64,000 nt of DNA from Dehalococcoidia bacterium (GTDB lineage Bacteria > Chloroflexota > Dehalococcoidia > Plut-88900): contig OZ240219.1 of assembly GCA_965197645.1 (NCBI GenBank), positions 1,632,001 through 1,696,000 of the forward strand, given 5' to 3'. The notes under the pieces are model-generated. The model worked only from the letters and a program-made list of their open reading frames with translations. It was not told the DNA's origin and did not search any database. Below, piece by piece: positions 39,216 to 48,840 of the stretch (position 1 is its first letter; each line of letters begins with the position of its first letter). Made by a program: the position numbers and the translations under genes.

Positions 39216-40904
39216 TCACACCAGGACGGGGTCCAGATCCAGGATCTCCAGCCGCAGGGTGCCGGCCGAGGACCGGTTGTCCCGGCTCAACCGGTACACC
39301 AGCTCCACTACCGACCCGACCGCTGGCGCCCTGTCTCCGATGCCGAAGCCGATGGCATCCCAGACCGCCGGCCCATCCCGTAGCTTCAGCCTCAGGTGCC
39401 GCCCTTCGTCTCCCAGCAGCCTCACGTCGATGACCCTGGCGTCTTTGGCCAGGAATACGGGAGCCGGGTTTTGGAAACCGCAGGGCTCCAGCAGCCCCAG
39501 GAACTTGATCAGCCGCTTATCGATCCCCTTTATCGGTAACGCCGTATCGATTTTCTTCGACGGCCGAAGGTCCACTCCATCCAGCTCCTGGGACGCTAGC
39601 TCGACGAGCCGTTGCTGGAGGAGCCCCAGGTTTTCGTTGGCGATAACGAATCCCGCCGCCTGGGCATGGCCTCCGTAACGGATGAACAGATCATCGCATT
39701 TACGGAACGCCGCGATGATATCGAAATCCGGAATGCTCCGCGCACTGGCCCTGGCGGTGTCTCCATCTATGGACATGACGATGGCAGGCCGGTAGAACTG
39801 CTCCACCAGCTTTCCCGCCGCCAGTCCTACGACTCCTGGGAGGAAGTCCTTAGCCCCGACCATGAGAATCGGCTGGTCCGATTGCCGGGCGACCACCTCT
39901 TCGACAGCCCTCTCTGTGACTTCGCTGCTGAGCTTTCGGCGCTCCCGGTTCTTGATCTCCAAATCCTGTGCCAACGGCCTCGCCTCTTCCGCCGAACCGG
40001 CGCAAAGAAGTCGATAGCTGATCATAGCGTGGTCCACACGGCCCGCCGCGTTGATACGAGGCCCCAACCCATAGGAGATCGATTCGGCGTCCAGGCTGCC
40101 TGGAGAGAGACCCGCCACCGATACCAGCTCCCTGATACCGGCCTTATCCGTCGAGTTCAGGACCTCCAGCCCCCTTTTGACCAGGGTCCTGTTCTCGCCG
40201 ATGAGGGGCGCCACGTCTGCAATGGTACCTATAGCCACCAGATCCAACAGGCTGTCGTCATCCTCCTTACCCCACGCTTCCCGCAGGGCTTGGACCAGCT
40301 TGTATGCCACGCCCACGGCGGAGAGGTGTAGAAACGGATAACGGGACCCGTTCAGCTTAGGGTCGACGATGGCCAGTGCGGGAGGCAGCGTGGCGGGCGG
40401 CGTGTGGTGGTCTGTGATCACCACGTCCATCCCCATGTCCTGGGCCGTCACGACCTCGGAGTAGGAGCTGACCCCGCAATCTGCGGTGATGATAAGGGAG
40501 GCGCCTTGCTTGTGGAGAAATGTCAGGCCGAGAGAGCTGATACCGTGCCCCTCGTCGGTACGGTGGGGGATGTAGGTCGTAGTCTTGGCGCCCAGCTTGC
40601 CCAGCCCGTGATGAAGCAGTGCAGATGAAGTGACTCCATCGGCATCGAAATCGCCGTGAATGCCTATAGTCTCGCCGGTTTCGATGGCGGCCTTTATCCG
40701 GCCAACCGCATCCTCCATCGAAGAAAATCGAAGCGGATCGTACGTCGCTGTCTTCTCCGGGGACAGAAAGGAGATCAGCTCCGGGCGGTCCGCTATCCCG
40801 CGATTGTAGGCGAGATGAGCAATCGGAAATGGAACGTCAGGCAGGGCGCGTAAATAGGACTCGGGAGGGGGCGGGGACATGATCCAGCGGCGTTCCAGGT
40901 TCAT
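39216..40904 (-). CDS. recJ: Single-stranded-DNA exonuclease RecJ
   Basis: GDFDADG, ITADCG, TDHH, GTIADV, PRINAAGR, GGHAQAAG. Confidence 0.97.
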   Translation of the reverse strand: MNLERRWIMSPPPPESYLRALPDVPFPIAHLAYNRGIADRPELISFLSPEKTATYDPLRFSSMEDAVGRIKAAIETGETIGIHGDFDADGVTSSALLHHGLGKLGAKTTTYIPHRTDEGHGISSLGLTFLHKQGASLIITADCGVSSYSEVVTAQDMGMDVVITDHHTPPATLPPALAIVDPKLNGSRYPFLHLSAVGVAYKLVQALREAWGKEDDDSLLDLVAIGTIADVAPLIGENRTLVKRGLEVLNSTDKAGIRELVSVAGLSPGSLDAESISYGLGPRINAAGRVDHAMISYRLLCAGSAEEARPLAQDLEIKNRERRKLSSEVTERAVEEVVARQSDQPILMVGAKDFLPGVVGLAAGKLVEQFYRPAIVMSIDGDTARASARSIPDFDIIAAFRKCDDLFIRYGGHAQAAGFVIANENLGLLQQRLVELASQELDGVDLRPSKKIDTALPIKGIDKRLIKFLGLLEPCGFQNPAPVFLAKDARVIDVRLLGDEGRHLRLKLRDGPAVWDAIGFGIGDRAPAVGSVVELVYRLSRDNRSSAGTLRLEILDLDPVLV

Positions 40905-40968
40905 GGATCAAGAATCGAGGGCGGCGATTCTGGGGGAGACTCTTCCCGGCCGGCTCGCCGGACCGAAG

Positions 40969-41661
40969 CTACCAGGGAGAGGAACCGTGTTTGTCTCGAT
41001 AGTCGTTGTAGTCCACCGCCAGATTGTATGCCCTGCTGGTAAGGTAGATCCACACGGTCAACGACAAAGCGATGAAAATGTAGGCTACGTCTACTTCCCG
41101 GCCGATGCCGATGACGGTGAACGTTATGGCCAGCGCGGAGAGCCAACGTGCTATTCCAGATATGTTGGCGGCTCTGATCTCAGGATAGGCCCATGCCATC
41201 AAGAGACCCCATACCACCACCCCAAACGCCCAAAAGAGGGGGTGGTCTTTACCTATCTCATTGAGTCCGAGATATGTCGCCCACGTCGCCGCACCGGCCA
41301 GGAGAAGCAATATACCGGTGGACTTCTTGCCCACGTAGAAATGCCCGATGCCCCAGACTCCGAAAACACCGGTCAGCGAGGCCAGCATACCAGCCAACTC
41401 GGGGTCCTTGCCGGGCAGGGCGGGCTCGTCTCCTACCTGAGCGTGAGATGGGATTGGAGGGAAAATGAAGCCCCGGTATCCCGGAAGCTTTAGCGGCGCG
41501 TCGTGCTGTTTGACGGCGTCGGGATCTACCGAGTAGGCTAACTCACGGGGTATGGGAGCCCAGTTGGTCTCGTCACAGCTATCACATTCCTCTTGGTCTG
41601 CGGGCGCCAGCGTAGAGCAGCTACGGCATACTTTGGAGTCCGTTACGCCTCGAACGCCCAT
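40969..41661 (-). CDS. Membrane protein with N-terminal zinc ribbon and TM2-like segment
   Basis: CRSC..CDSC, then PELAGMLAS..WGIGHFYVGK..GILLLL and several TM helices. Confidence 0.65.
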   Translation of the reverse strand: MGVRGVTDSKVCRSCSTLAPADQEECDSCDETNWAPIPRELAYSVDPDAVKQHDAPLKLPGYRGFIFPPIPSHAQVGDEPALPGKDPELAGMLASLTGVFGVWGIGHFYVGKKSTGILLLLAGAATWATYLGLNEIGKDHPLFWAFGVVVWGLLMAWAYPEIRAANISGIARWLSALAITFTVIGIGREVDVAYIFIALSLTVWIYLTSRAYNLAVDYNDYRDKHGSSPW

Positions 41662-41755
41662 TACGCTTTACCCTGCCAAACTGTGCCCTTGCCCACTTAA
41701 GAGGTGAGCTGGACGACTAAGAGATCCAGTCAGAGGAGAGGGCTCGCCGCCTCTC

Positions 41756-42118
41756 CTACTCTCCTCCGGAGCCGGGCGAAACCAGCTTGCCTATTCCGGC
41801 GTACTTGAAGTCTTGTCCTGAGTAGCACCTGTAGGCGCCGAACAGAGAGTAAACAACGGCTGCCAGTATCAACACTAGACCGATCTCGGCCAGCGCATTA
41901 AGAATAATAAAGTATATGAAGATAGCGATAGCTTGGAAGATGAATGCCTGCAACGCCTGGGTACCCACGTACTGGGATGTCTTTCTCTTGAACAGCCAGA
42001 TGACCATGGCGCCGATGACACCCAGCAAGGGGAGCACGGGGATGATGTTCACCACCATGATGGCGTGGGCTATGGCCGCCCACATCTTCTCGTCAGACGA
42101 CCTAGTTTCAGAGTTCAT
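41756..42118 (-). CDS. DUF4870/Tic20-like membrane protein
   Basis: DEKMWAAIAH, IWL..K.S.YV..QA.QA, G.DFKY. Confidence 0.78.
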   Translation of the reverse strand: MNSETRSSDEKMWAAIAHAIMVVNIIPVLPLLGVIGAMVIWLFKRKTSQYVGTQALQAFIFQAIAIFIYFIILNALAEIGLVLILAAVVYSLFGAYRCYSGQDFKYAGIGKLVSPGSGGE

Positions 42119-42308
42119 TCTCGCCGCCGAGTCCCACAGAATTAAAAGAATACATTAGTACAACCCCGCACTTACGTCAACTTTTTGGCAGTCTTTCCCG
42201 GAGGAAACATTTACCCCTTGGTACTACTTGTAACGCTTCAACGGTGGGTATGATTTCTTGCAGCCTTCTGTTTTCCGCTGGTATGGCGAGACACCGGGGG
42301 ATAGGAGG

Positions 42309-43550
42309 TCAGCCCTGGTACTCTTTGAAAATGAGCACCGAGTTGTGCCCCCCGAATCCAAGGGAGTTGGAAAGGGCCACTTTTATCTTGCCTCTTCGAG
42401 GCGTGTAAGGGGTGTAGTCCAAGTCGCAATCCGGGTCGGGATTTTCCAGATTGATAGTGGGTGGTATCTCACCGTTCTTGACCGACAGGGCGGTGACGGT
42501 CGCTTCCAGGGCTGCCGCTGCACCGATCAGGTGGCCGGTCATCGATTTGGTGGAGCTTATGGGTATCTTGTACGCTTCCTCCCCAAACACTGACTTGATA
42601 GCAATGGTTTCGAACTTGTCGTTCAGTTGGGTGGAGGTCCCGTGAGCGTTGATGTAGTCGATTTCGTCGGGCTCTACGTTGGCCTCATCCAAGGCCATCT
42701 TCATCGCCTGGACGCTCCCCGCTCCCCCTTCGGCTGGAGCTGTGAGGTGGTAAGCATCACCTGATGAGCCGTATCCCGCCAGCTCAGCGAGAATGGGAGC
42801 ACCCCTGGCTACAGCGTAATCCAGGTCCTCCAAGACCACTATCGCGGCGCCCTCGCCCATAACGAATCCATCACGCTCGGCGTCGAAGGGTCTGCAGGCC
42901 TTCTCCGGCTCGTCGTTCCGAGTAGAAAGGGCTTTGGCCGAATTGAATCCTGCGACTGCTATAGGGGTTATCGGCGCCTCGGCGCCTCCGGTAACAAAGG
43001 CCTTGGTGCGTCCGCTTTTAATCATCTGGAACGCCATGCCGATGGCATCGCTGCCGCTGGCGCAGGCGGACGTGGTGCAAAAATTCGGCCCCTTGGCGCC
43101 CAGGTCGATGGAGACGTACCCAGGGCCCATGTCCGTGATCATCATTGGCACCAGGAAGGGGCTTATGCGGGACGGCCCCTTCTCCGCCAGTACCTCGAAC
43201 TGTTGAGACAGGGTGATCAACCCGCCGATGCCGCTGCCTATTACCACCCCTACGTCCTCGGCATTGGAATCGTCGATGGTAAGCTCGGCCCGGTTGACCG
43301 CTTCCCGGCTCGCTGCAACGGCGAACTGGACGAAACGGTCCATGCGGCGGGCCTCTTTGCGTCCGAAGTAATCGGTGGGGACGAAATCGGAAGCTTCGGC
43401 GGCGATGTGGGTATCGAAGGGCTCGGAATCGAAGGCGGTAATATGGCCGACGCCGGACTTACCGGCCAGAAGGCCCTTCCAGGTGGAATCCGTATCCAGA
43501 CCCAGAGGACTGACGATCCCTGTACCGGTTACGACTACCCGGTGGTTCAA
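42309..43550 (-). CDS. fabF: 3-oxoacyl-ACP synthase II
   Basis: RVVVTG, TSACASG, INAHGTST, KSMTGHLIGA, SNSLGFGGHN. Confidence 0.96.
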   Translation of the reverse strand: MNHRVVVTGTGIVSPLGLDTDSTWKGLLAGKSGVGHITAFDSEPFDTHIAAEASDFVPTDYFGRKEARRMDRFVQFAVAASREAVNRAELTIDDSNAEDVGVVIGSGIGGLITLSQQFEVLAEKGPSRISPFLVPMMITDMGPGYVSIDLGAKGPNFCTTSACASGSDAIGMAFQMIKSGRTKAFVTGGAEAPITPIAVAGFNSAKALSTRNDEPEKACRPFDAERDGFVMGEGAAIVVLEDLDYAVARGAPILAELAGYGSSGDAYHLTAPAEGGAGSVQAMKMALDEANVEPDEIDYINAHGTSTQLNDKFETIAIKSVFGEEAYKIPISSTKSMTGHLIGAAAALEATVTALSVKNGEIPPTINLENPDPDCDLDYTPYTPRRGKIKVALSNSLGFGGHNSVLIFKEYQG

Positions 43551-43573
43551 GCCCTCTTTACCTTCGAGCTCTT

Positions 43574-45118
43574 CTATGCGTTGCTTTGCGCCTCGGCCCG
43601 GACGCCGTCATTGGCCTTTTCGAGGATCTCGATACCCGAGTCGTAGGTGCTGATATCGGACAGGGTCTTGTACTGTCGCAGGAACCTCATGATGCTCTCT
43701 CTGGTCGTTGAGACCTCCCGGAGCATCTTCCTGACGCGGTCGAACCCGCCATCGCCGACGGACCGCCACAGCGAGGCGTATTGCTCATAGAACTTGTTGT
43801 GGTTGAGGTTGGTCGGCAACACGCTGTGCAGGAAGTCGAAGAACCTGGGTTCGCTGGTTACCAGGGTGTCCTGTACGTCGTTCCACTGCTTGGTGCCGGG
43901 CAGGGGGGTGAGAATAGTGTAGTTGGGGAACTCTATCTTGGTCTGATGCACCTTTTCTTTAAGGTTATCGAAGTTCTTTTCCGCCCAGCCCTGGAAGATT
44001 ATTACACCGCCCCAGATGCGGACGCCAACGCTGTGCAGAATGTCGATGGCTTTCTCGTTGTCCCCAACACGGGTGCCTTTCGAAACGGAATTGAGGGTGT
44101 CCTGTTCAAAGGACTCCAGGCCCACCAGGGTGGTGTCCAGGCCGGCTCTGGCCCACTTCTCGAATTTTCGAGGGTTGCGGACCACGTTGTCCGCTCTTAC
44201 CTGCATCCAGTATCGCTGACCCAGGTCCAGCTCGATGAGCCGATCGGCCAAGTCCTCCATCGGATCGTAACCGTCGGCGTTCTGGAGCTTCATTGCGCCC
44301 GAGGGCTCGGGGATGGCCAGATCGTCCACTATGTTTATCCACGAATTTCTCGGAAGCTGGGATAGCTCCTGGATAGTGCGGTCGTTGCCCTGGACTTTGA
44401 ACTCGCCCCGGTGGAACTCGTGGACCGAGCAGAAGTTGCAGCGATACTGGCAACCTCTGGCCGTTTCGACGGAGTAGGGGTTGGTGTGGTAGAGGAAGAA
44501 GTACTGGTCCCTGTACCTATCCACCAGATGACGCGCCGGGAACGGTCTGCCGTTCATCATCGGTGAATCCATCTCTTTGAGGGAGCTCTTCTTCTGGAAC
44601 ATCAGATTCGTGGTATCGAAGTTGCCCTCAGAGTCCTGGAAGATGACTTCGCCCACTCCGTTGAGCCCTTTGCCCTGTTGCAGGTTCAGCACTATCTGCC
44701 GGAATGTGGCCTCGCCATCGCCAATCACTATAGCGTCCACGTGGGGAGAGTAGGCGTCTCGAGGCACCAAACTCACGTGGTGGCCGCCCACAACGACCGG
44801 CACGTCCGGGTCGATGGCTTTAACCCAACCCGCCACCTCTTTAACCGAGTCGACGTCTACGGTGTAGCCCTCTTTTATTCCCACCAGGTCCGGGGCGAAC
44901 TCTTCCATCACCTGCCGCAGCGGGGTATCGTCCACCCGCATATCGAAAATCATTACGTCGGCCAGGTCTATGATGCCGCCGCCCAGGTACTGGAGGCCCA
45001 ACGGTTCGACTACTACCGTGGCATTGAAGCCTACGTATAGATTGTTGGGCGGTTCAATGAGGAGTACTTTCCGTGCCTTGGGGAAATTCCTAACACGGAC
45101 GGATGATACGACGGCCAT
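43574..45118 (-). CDS. Cobalamin-binding radical SAM enzyme (HpnR-like class B methyltransferase family)
   Basis: EPLGL, VVVGGHH, GDGE, RGCQYRCNFC (CxxxCxxC), GLES, LTPLPGT, FDFLHSVLPT. Confidence 0.88.
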   Translation of the reverse strand: MAVVSSVRVRNFPKARKVLLIEPPNNLYVGFNATVVVEPLGLQYLGGGIIDLADVMIFDMRVDDTPLRQVMEEFAPDLVGIKEGYTVDVDSVKEVAGWVKAIDPDVPVVVGGHHVSLVPRDAYSPHVDAIVIGDGEATFRQIVLNLQQGKGLNGVGEVIFQDSEGNFDTTNLMFQKKSSLKEMDSPMMNGRPFPARHLVDRYRDQYFFLYHTNPYSVETARGCQYRCNFCSVHEFHRGEFKVQGNDRTIQELSQLPRNSWINIVDDLAIPEPSGAMKLQNADGYDPMEDLADRLIELDLGQRYWMQVRADNVVRNPRKFEKWARAGLDTTLVGLESFEQDTLNSVSKGTRVGDNEKAIDILHSVGVRIWGGVIIFQGWAEKNFDNLKEKVHQTKIEFPNYTILTPLPGTKQWNDVQDTLVTSEPRFFDFLHSVLPTNLNHNKFYEQYASLWRSVGDGGFDRVRKMLREVSTTRESIMRFLRQYKTLSDISTYDSGIEILEKANDGVRAEAQSNA

Positions 45119-45312
45119 CTAGAGCACCTTCATAGGCCGGCCTGACACGTATGGGAGCCCGTCAAGCGTGGCTATAGAAATGGATAAGTTAATGCTGTTT
45201 TTCAATGCAGAGCCGTTCAACCATTAAGATTATACCACAGGTCACAATACAACGCGTGAAAAAGTACACAAACATCCTTTGACCGGTTTATCTGGTCACC
45301 GCAGGCCAGCTG

Positions 45313-46263
45313 TCAGACCTTGATCGGCGATGGCACGTGGGCATCCGCAAGGATGGCGGTGAGACTTCCGATCGCTTCTTCCGCTTCCGAGGGGGTCAGG
45401 TCCCGCAGCGGCGGCCTGACGAAGCTCAAGGGCAGCCCGGCGAAGTATCCCAAGGCGTGCTTGATGGCGCTGTGGGATGGATATCTGTCGAGGGTCCTCC
45501 TTATCTCCGAGAGGCGGTCTTGAGTGGAAGTCGCAGGCTTCCCTTCCTTCACACTGTGAAAGATCGATTTCAAGATGTGAGGGAATACATTGGCGGCTGC
45601 GCTTACGTTGCCCTTGGCGCCCGATAAGGCGGCCTGCTCCACGTACAGATCCGTGCCGCTGAAAATGCTGAGCTCCGGGAACCGCTCGATGAAGTGCCGG
45701 GTCTGATCGATGCTGCCGGAGGTGTCCTTGACTCCCAGCAGCATCGAGGGATACCGCTCCAGCAGGGCCTCTATGACCGGGTCCGTGATCTCGACTCCCG
45801 ATAGCTTGGGTATGTTGTACAGGGCCACCTTCCCATCCGAGGGCAGCGAATTGAAGATGGCGCCATAGTACTCGATCAGGCCTTTGTCGGACAGGCCTTT
45901 GAAGTAGAAGGGCGGCACGACCAAGACCGCGTCGGCGCCCTGTCCCAGTGCGTACCGGGATAGCTCGATGGTCTCCGGTAGGGCGCTGCATCCGGTGCCA
46001 GCCATAACTCCCAGGTCCCCTCGATTCGCCAGCACGGTGTCTATAACCGCCCTTCGTTCACCGAAGCTGAGCGATGGGCCTTCGCCATTGGTCCCGCTGA
46101 TGAGGACGGCGTCCGCCCCGTTCTTCCTTAGGTACTCAAGGTGCGCAGGTATCCAGTCCAAGTCTACGTTCTCTCCGCCCTTGGTGAAGGGGGTGACCGT
46201 CGCCACTATGACGCCTCTTATCTTTGACAAGGTGCCGGCTCCTTTACCTCTACTCGAATCCAA
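45313..46263 (-). CDS. DHDPS/NAL-family class I aldolase (second DapA-like paralogue)
   Basis: VTPF, GTNGEG, PPFYFK, YNIP, GVKDTS. Confidence 0.87.
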   Translation of the reverse strand: MDSSRGKGAGTLSKIRGVIVATVTPFTKGGENVDLDWIPAHLEYLRKNGADAVLISGTNGEGPSLSFGERRAVIDTVLANRGDLGVMAGTGCSALPETIELSRYALGQGADAVLVVPPFYFKGLSDKGLIEYYGAIFNSLPSDGKVALYNIPKLSGVEITDPVIEALLERYPSMLLGVKDTSGSIDQTRHFIERFPELSIFSGTDLYVEQAALSGAKGNVSAAANVFPHILKSIFHSVKEGKPATSTQDRLSEIRRTLDRYPSHSAIKHALGYFAGLPLSFVRPPLRDLTPSEAEEAIGSLTAILADAHVPSPIKV

Positions 46264-46314
46264 TGCCTTGACCCGTTAGAACACCGACAATTATAATATG
46301 CCGAACCTCGGACC

Positions 46315-47706
46315 ATGAAAGCCTCCCCTCCGTCCGCACCGAACCCCGTTAGAGTGGCCGTAGCCACCCACGGCTGCAAGCTCAACCAGGCGGAATCCGA
46401 TTCCATCAGCCGATCCTTCAGCGAGGCCGGTTGCCAAGTTGTCGATCCCAAGGGGCAGGCCGACATCTACGTCCTGAATACCTGCTCGGTGACCCACGTG
46501 GCCGAGAGCAAGGCCCGAAGATGGCTTCGCTCGGCTCATCACAGGAACCCTCAAGCCTCGATAATCGCCACGGGGTGCTACTCGTCCCGGGCCGAGGAGG
46601 AGTTGGAGGGACTCGAAGGAGTTAGTCTGGTTGTAGGCAACCAAGACAAAGGTCGGCTAGCCGAGATCGTTGAGATTTCTGGACTGCTGGAGAAGCACGG
46701 CTCCCTGCCCATCTCGACGGGCACAACTAACCCATTCGCATCGCCGCTTCATCGTACCAGGGCGGCGGTCAAGATCCAGGACGGGTGCAACCAGTTCTGC
46801 GCTTTCTGTGTGGTCCCTCTCACACGGGGAAGAGAGTCCAATCTGCCCATGGACGACGTGATAGAGCTGGTGAGAAGCAAGGTCGAGGAGGGTTACAAAG
46901 AGGTAGTGTTGACCGGCCCTCAGATCGGCTCTTATGGGCTTTACCCCCCGACCGCCGAGGCCCGCAAGGACTACGATTCATATGACGGGCGTCTTCACAG
47001 GCTTATCGAAAGGGTCCTCGGCGAGACCGAGATAGAGCGCCTGCGCATCTCTTCCATCCAGCCCCAGGACCTCACCGATAGCCTACTCAGGACGTGGGAA
47101 GACCCGAGGCTCTGCCGGCATGTCCATATGGCTCTTCAAAGCGGCAGCGATGCCGTCCTCCAGCGAATGCGCCGCAGATATCGCTCCCCCCAGTACCGGG
47201 AGGCGGTGGAGCGTTTGAGGGAGGCTGTACCGGGCATAGCCATAACCACCGACGTAATTGTGGGATTTCCTCAGGAGACCGACAAGGAGTTCGACGAGGG
47301 ATACCAGTTCTGCCTGGAGATGGGCTTTGCAGGGATGCACGTGTTCCCCTATTCCCCCAGGCCCGGCACCTCCGCCGCAGAGATGCAGAGCGGGCTGCCT
47401 GAATCCGATAAGAAGTACAGGCTAGACAGGATGCTCGCCCTCGCCCACGATAGCGCTTCCCGATTCCGCAGGTCCTTCATTGGTCAGAAGTTCGGCGTAC
47501 TCTGGGAGGATCAGGAACAGATAGCAGAGCGTTCAATGTGGTCCGGTCTGACCGATAACTACATTCGGGTCTACTCCGACGATGAGAGACTATCCACCAA
47601 CCAGATCACATCGACCCTACTGACGACACAGTTGGACAACGGATTGCTGGGTGTTCCGGACGTGAACGTCGAGTCCATGTCCGGCGTAAGAGTAAGCCTG
47701 AACTGA
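46315..47706 (+). CDS. mtaB: tRNA t6A methylthiotransferase MtaB
   Basis: GCKLNQAES, NTCSVT, TGCY, KIQDGCNQFCAFC, HVFPYSPRPGT, GLTDNY. Confidence 0.9.
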   Translation: MKASPPSAPNPVRVAVATHGCKLNQAESDSISRSFSEAGCQVVDPKGQADIYVLNTCSVTHVAESKARRWLRSAHHRNPQASIIATGCYSSRAEEELEGLEGVSLVVGNQDKGRLAEIVEISGLLEKHGSLPISTGTTNPFASPLHRTRAAVKIQDGCNQFCAFCVVPLTRGRESNLPMDDVIELVRSKVEEGYKEVVLTGPQIGSYGLYPPTAEARKDYDSYDGRLHRLIERVLGETEIERLRISSIQPQDLTDSLLRTWEDPRLCRHVHMALQSGSDAVLQRMRRRYRSPQYREAVERLREAVPGIAITTDVIVGFPQETDKEFDEGYQFCLEMGFAGMHVFPYSPRPGTSAAEMQSGLPESDKKYRLDRMLALAHDSASRFRRSFIGQKFGVLWEDQEQIAERSMWSGLTDNYIRVYSDDERLSTNQITSTLLTTQLDNGLLGVPDVNVESMSGVRVSLN

Positions 47707-48833
47707 TGGGGACCGGATTGCGGCTTTCCCCTCTTCTGCTGATTGTAGCAGCCCTCATCGCGGCCGCCTGTAGCGGGGACCCAGAGGAGCCCGAGACGCC
47801 GACGGCGGAAACATCTACGCCGACCGCCATCGCTACCTCGACTCCAACTCCTACAGCGACGCCAACCCCAACTGCCCAGCCTGTGTCCGCCTCATTGCTG
47901 CCGTATACCAGTGATGCCCACGGCGCGACACTGATGGCCCCAGAAGGCTGGGTGGCGTACGAAGGCAACCCAGACGTACTGACCATCACCAATCCAACTG
48001 GCATTGCCGGCATAGAGATCAGGTTCAGCACCTTTCTCGCCGAACCGACCCCGGCCCAGTTCGATGAATTTGTCAGCCTGAGAATACTATCCTTACAAGC
48101 GGAGGTCCCCGGGTTCGAGGAGGTCTCGAGGGAGCGGCTCACCGACCCGCCCGGATTCATCATAGCGTACACCTCCGATGAAACGGGAACTGTAGTCCTG
48201 TATACGTACAGTGGCGCCAGAGGCGTGGAGGCCGTGGCCACTACCGAGCGGGTCTTCTTCTCAAACTTCCGGTCGCTGTTTGAGCAGGTGTTGAGATCTT
48301 TGTCCCTGGCGGCCACTCCCCCCGCTCCCACCCCGACACCCGGCCCCACCGCTTCTCCAACTCCTACGCCCATACCAACCCCCCTGTCCACCATAGCACC
48401 GGGACGCTACACCAACGATCAGTTCGGCTTCACCTTGGAGGTCCCGCTGGGCTGGGGCCTGCTGGCGCCTGCGAAAGAGGATGAGGTGCGGTTCATAGGA
48501 CCGGAACGCGTCATCGTGCAGGTGTTGACCGGCCGCACAGCTGCGGGAATGAGCAACGCCGACTTCTCTCAGGCGTTGGTCGAGAGCCGGTACGAGCCGC
48601 TAGCCGGATTCAACATCGAATCGGAAGATGACGTGACCCATGGAAACCTGGCGGGCCGCGAGCTTCGATTCACGGCCAGTACGGGGTTGGGCGGGGCTAC
48701 TCAAAAGTACCTGGTGCTGGTCACGAAACGAGGGATAAGGGCCTACGTGATAGAGGCCATCGGTCCGGAATCGGCCTTCGAAGACTACGGGGCGGAGATA
48801 GAGGCCTTAGTCTCCAGCTTCCGCCTGCGATGA
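47706..48833 (+). CDS. Lipoprotein with Pro/Thr linkers and two PsbP/DcrB-like domains
   Basis: IAAAC lipobox; two PT-rich tracts; two domains starting with Y..D..G.tl.xPxGW and ending SL/SF. Confidence 0.68.
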   Translation: MGTGLRLSPLLLIVAALIAAACSGDPEEPETPTAETSTPTAIATSTPTPTATPTPTAQPVSASLLPYTSDAHGATLMAPEGWVAYEGNPDVLTITNPTGIAGIEIRFSTFLAEPTPAQFDEFVSLRILSLQAEVPGFEEVSRERLTDPPGFIIAYTSDETGTVVLYTYSGARGVEAVATTERVFFSNFRSLFEQVLRSLSLAATPPAPTPTPGPTASPTPTPIPTPLSTIAPGRYTNDQFGFTLEVPLGWGLLAPAKEDEVRFIGPERVIVQVLTGRTAAGMSNADFSQALVESRYEPLAGFNIESEDDVTHGNLAGRELRFTASTGLGGATQKYLVLVTKRGIRAYVIEAIGPESAFEDYGAEIEALVSSFRLR

Positions 48834-48840
48834 AGGTGGC

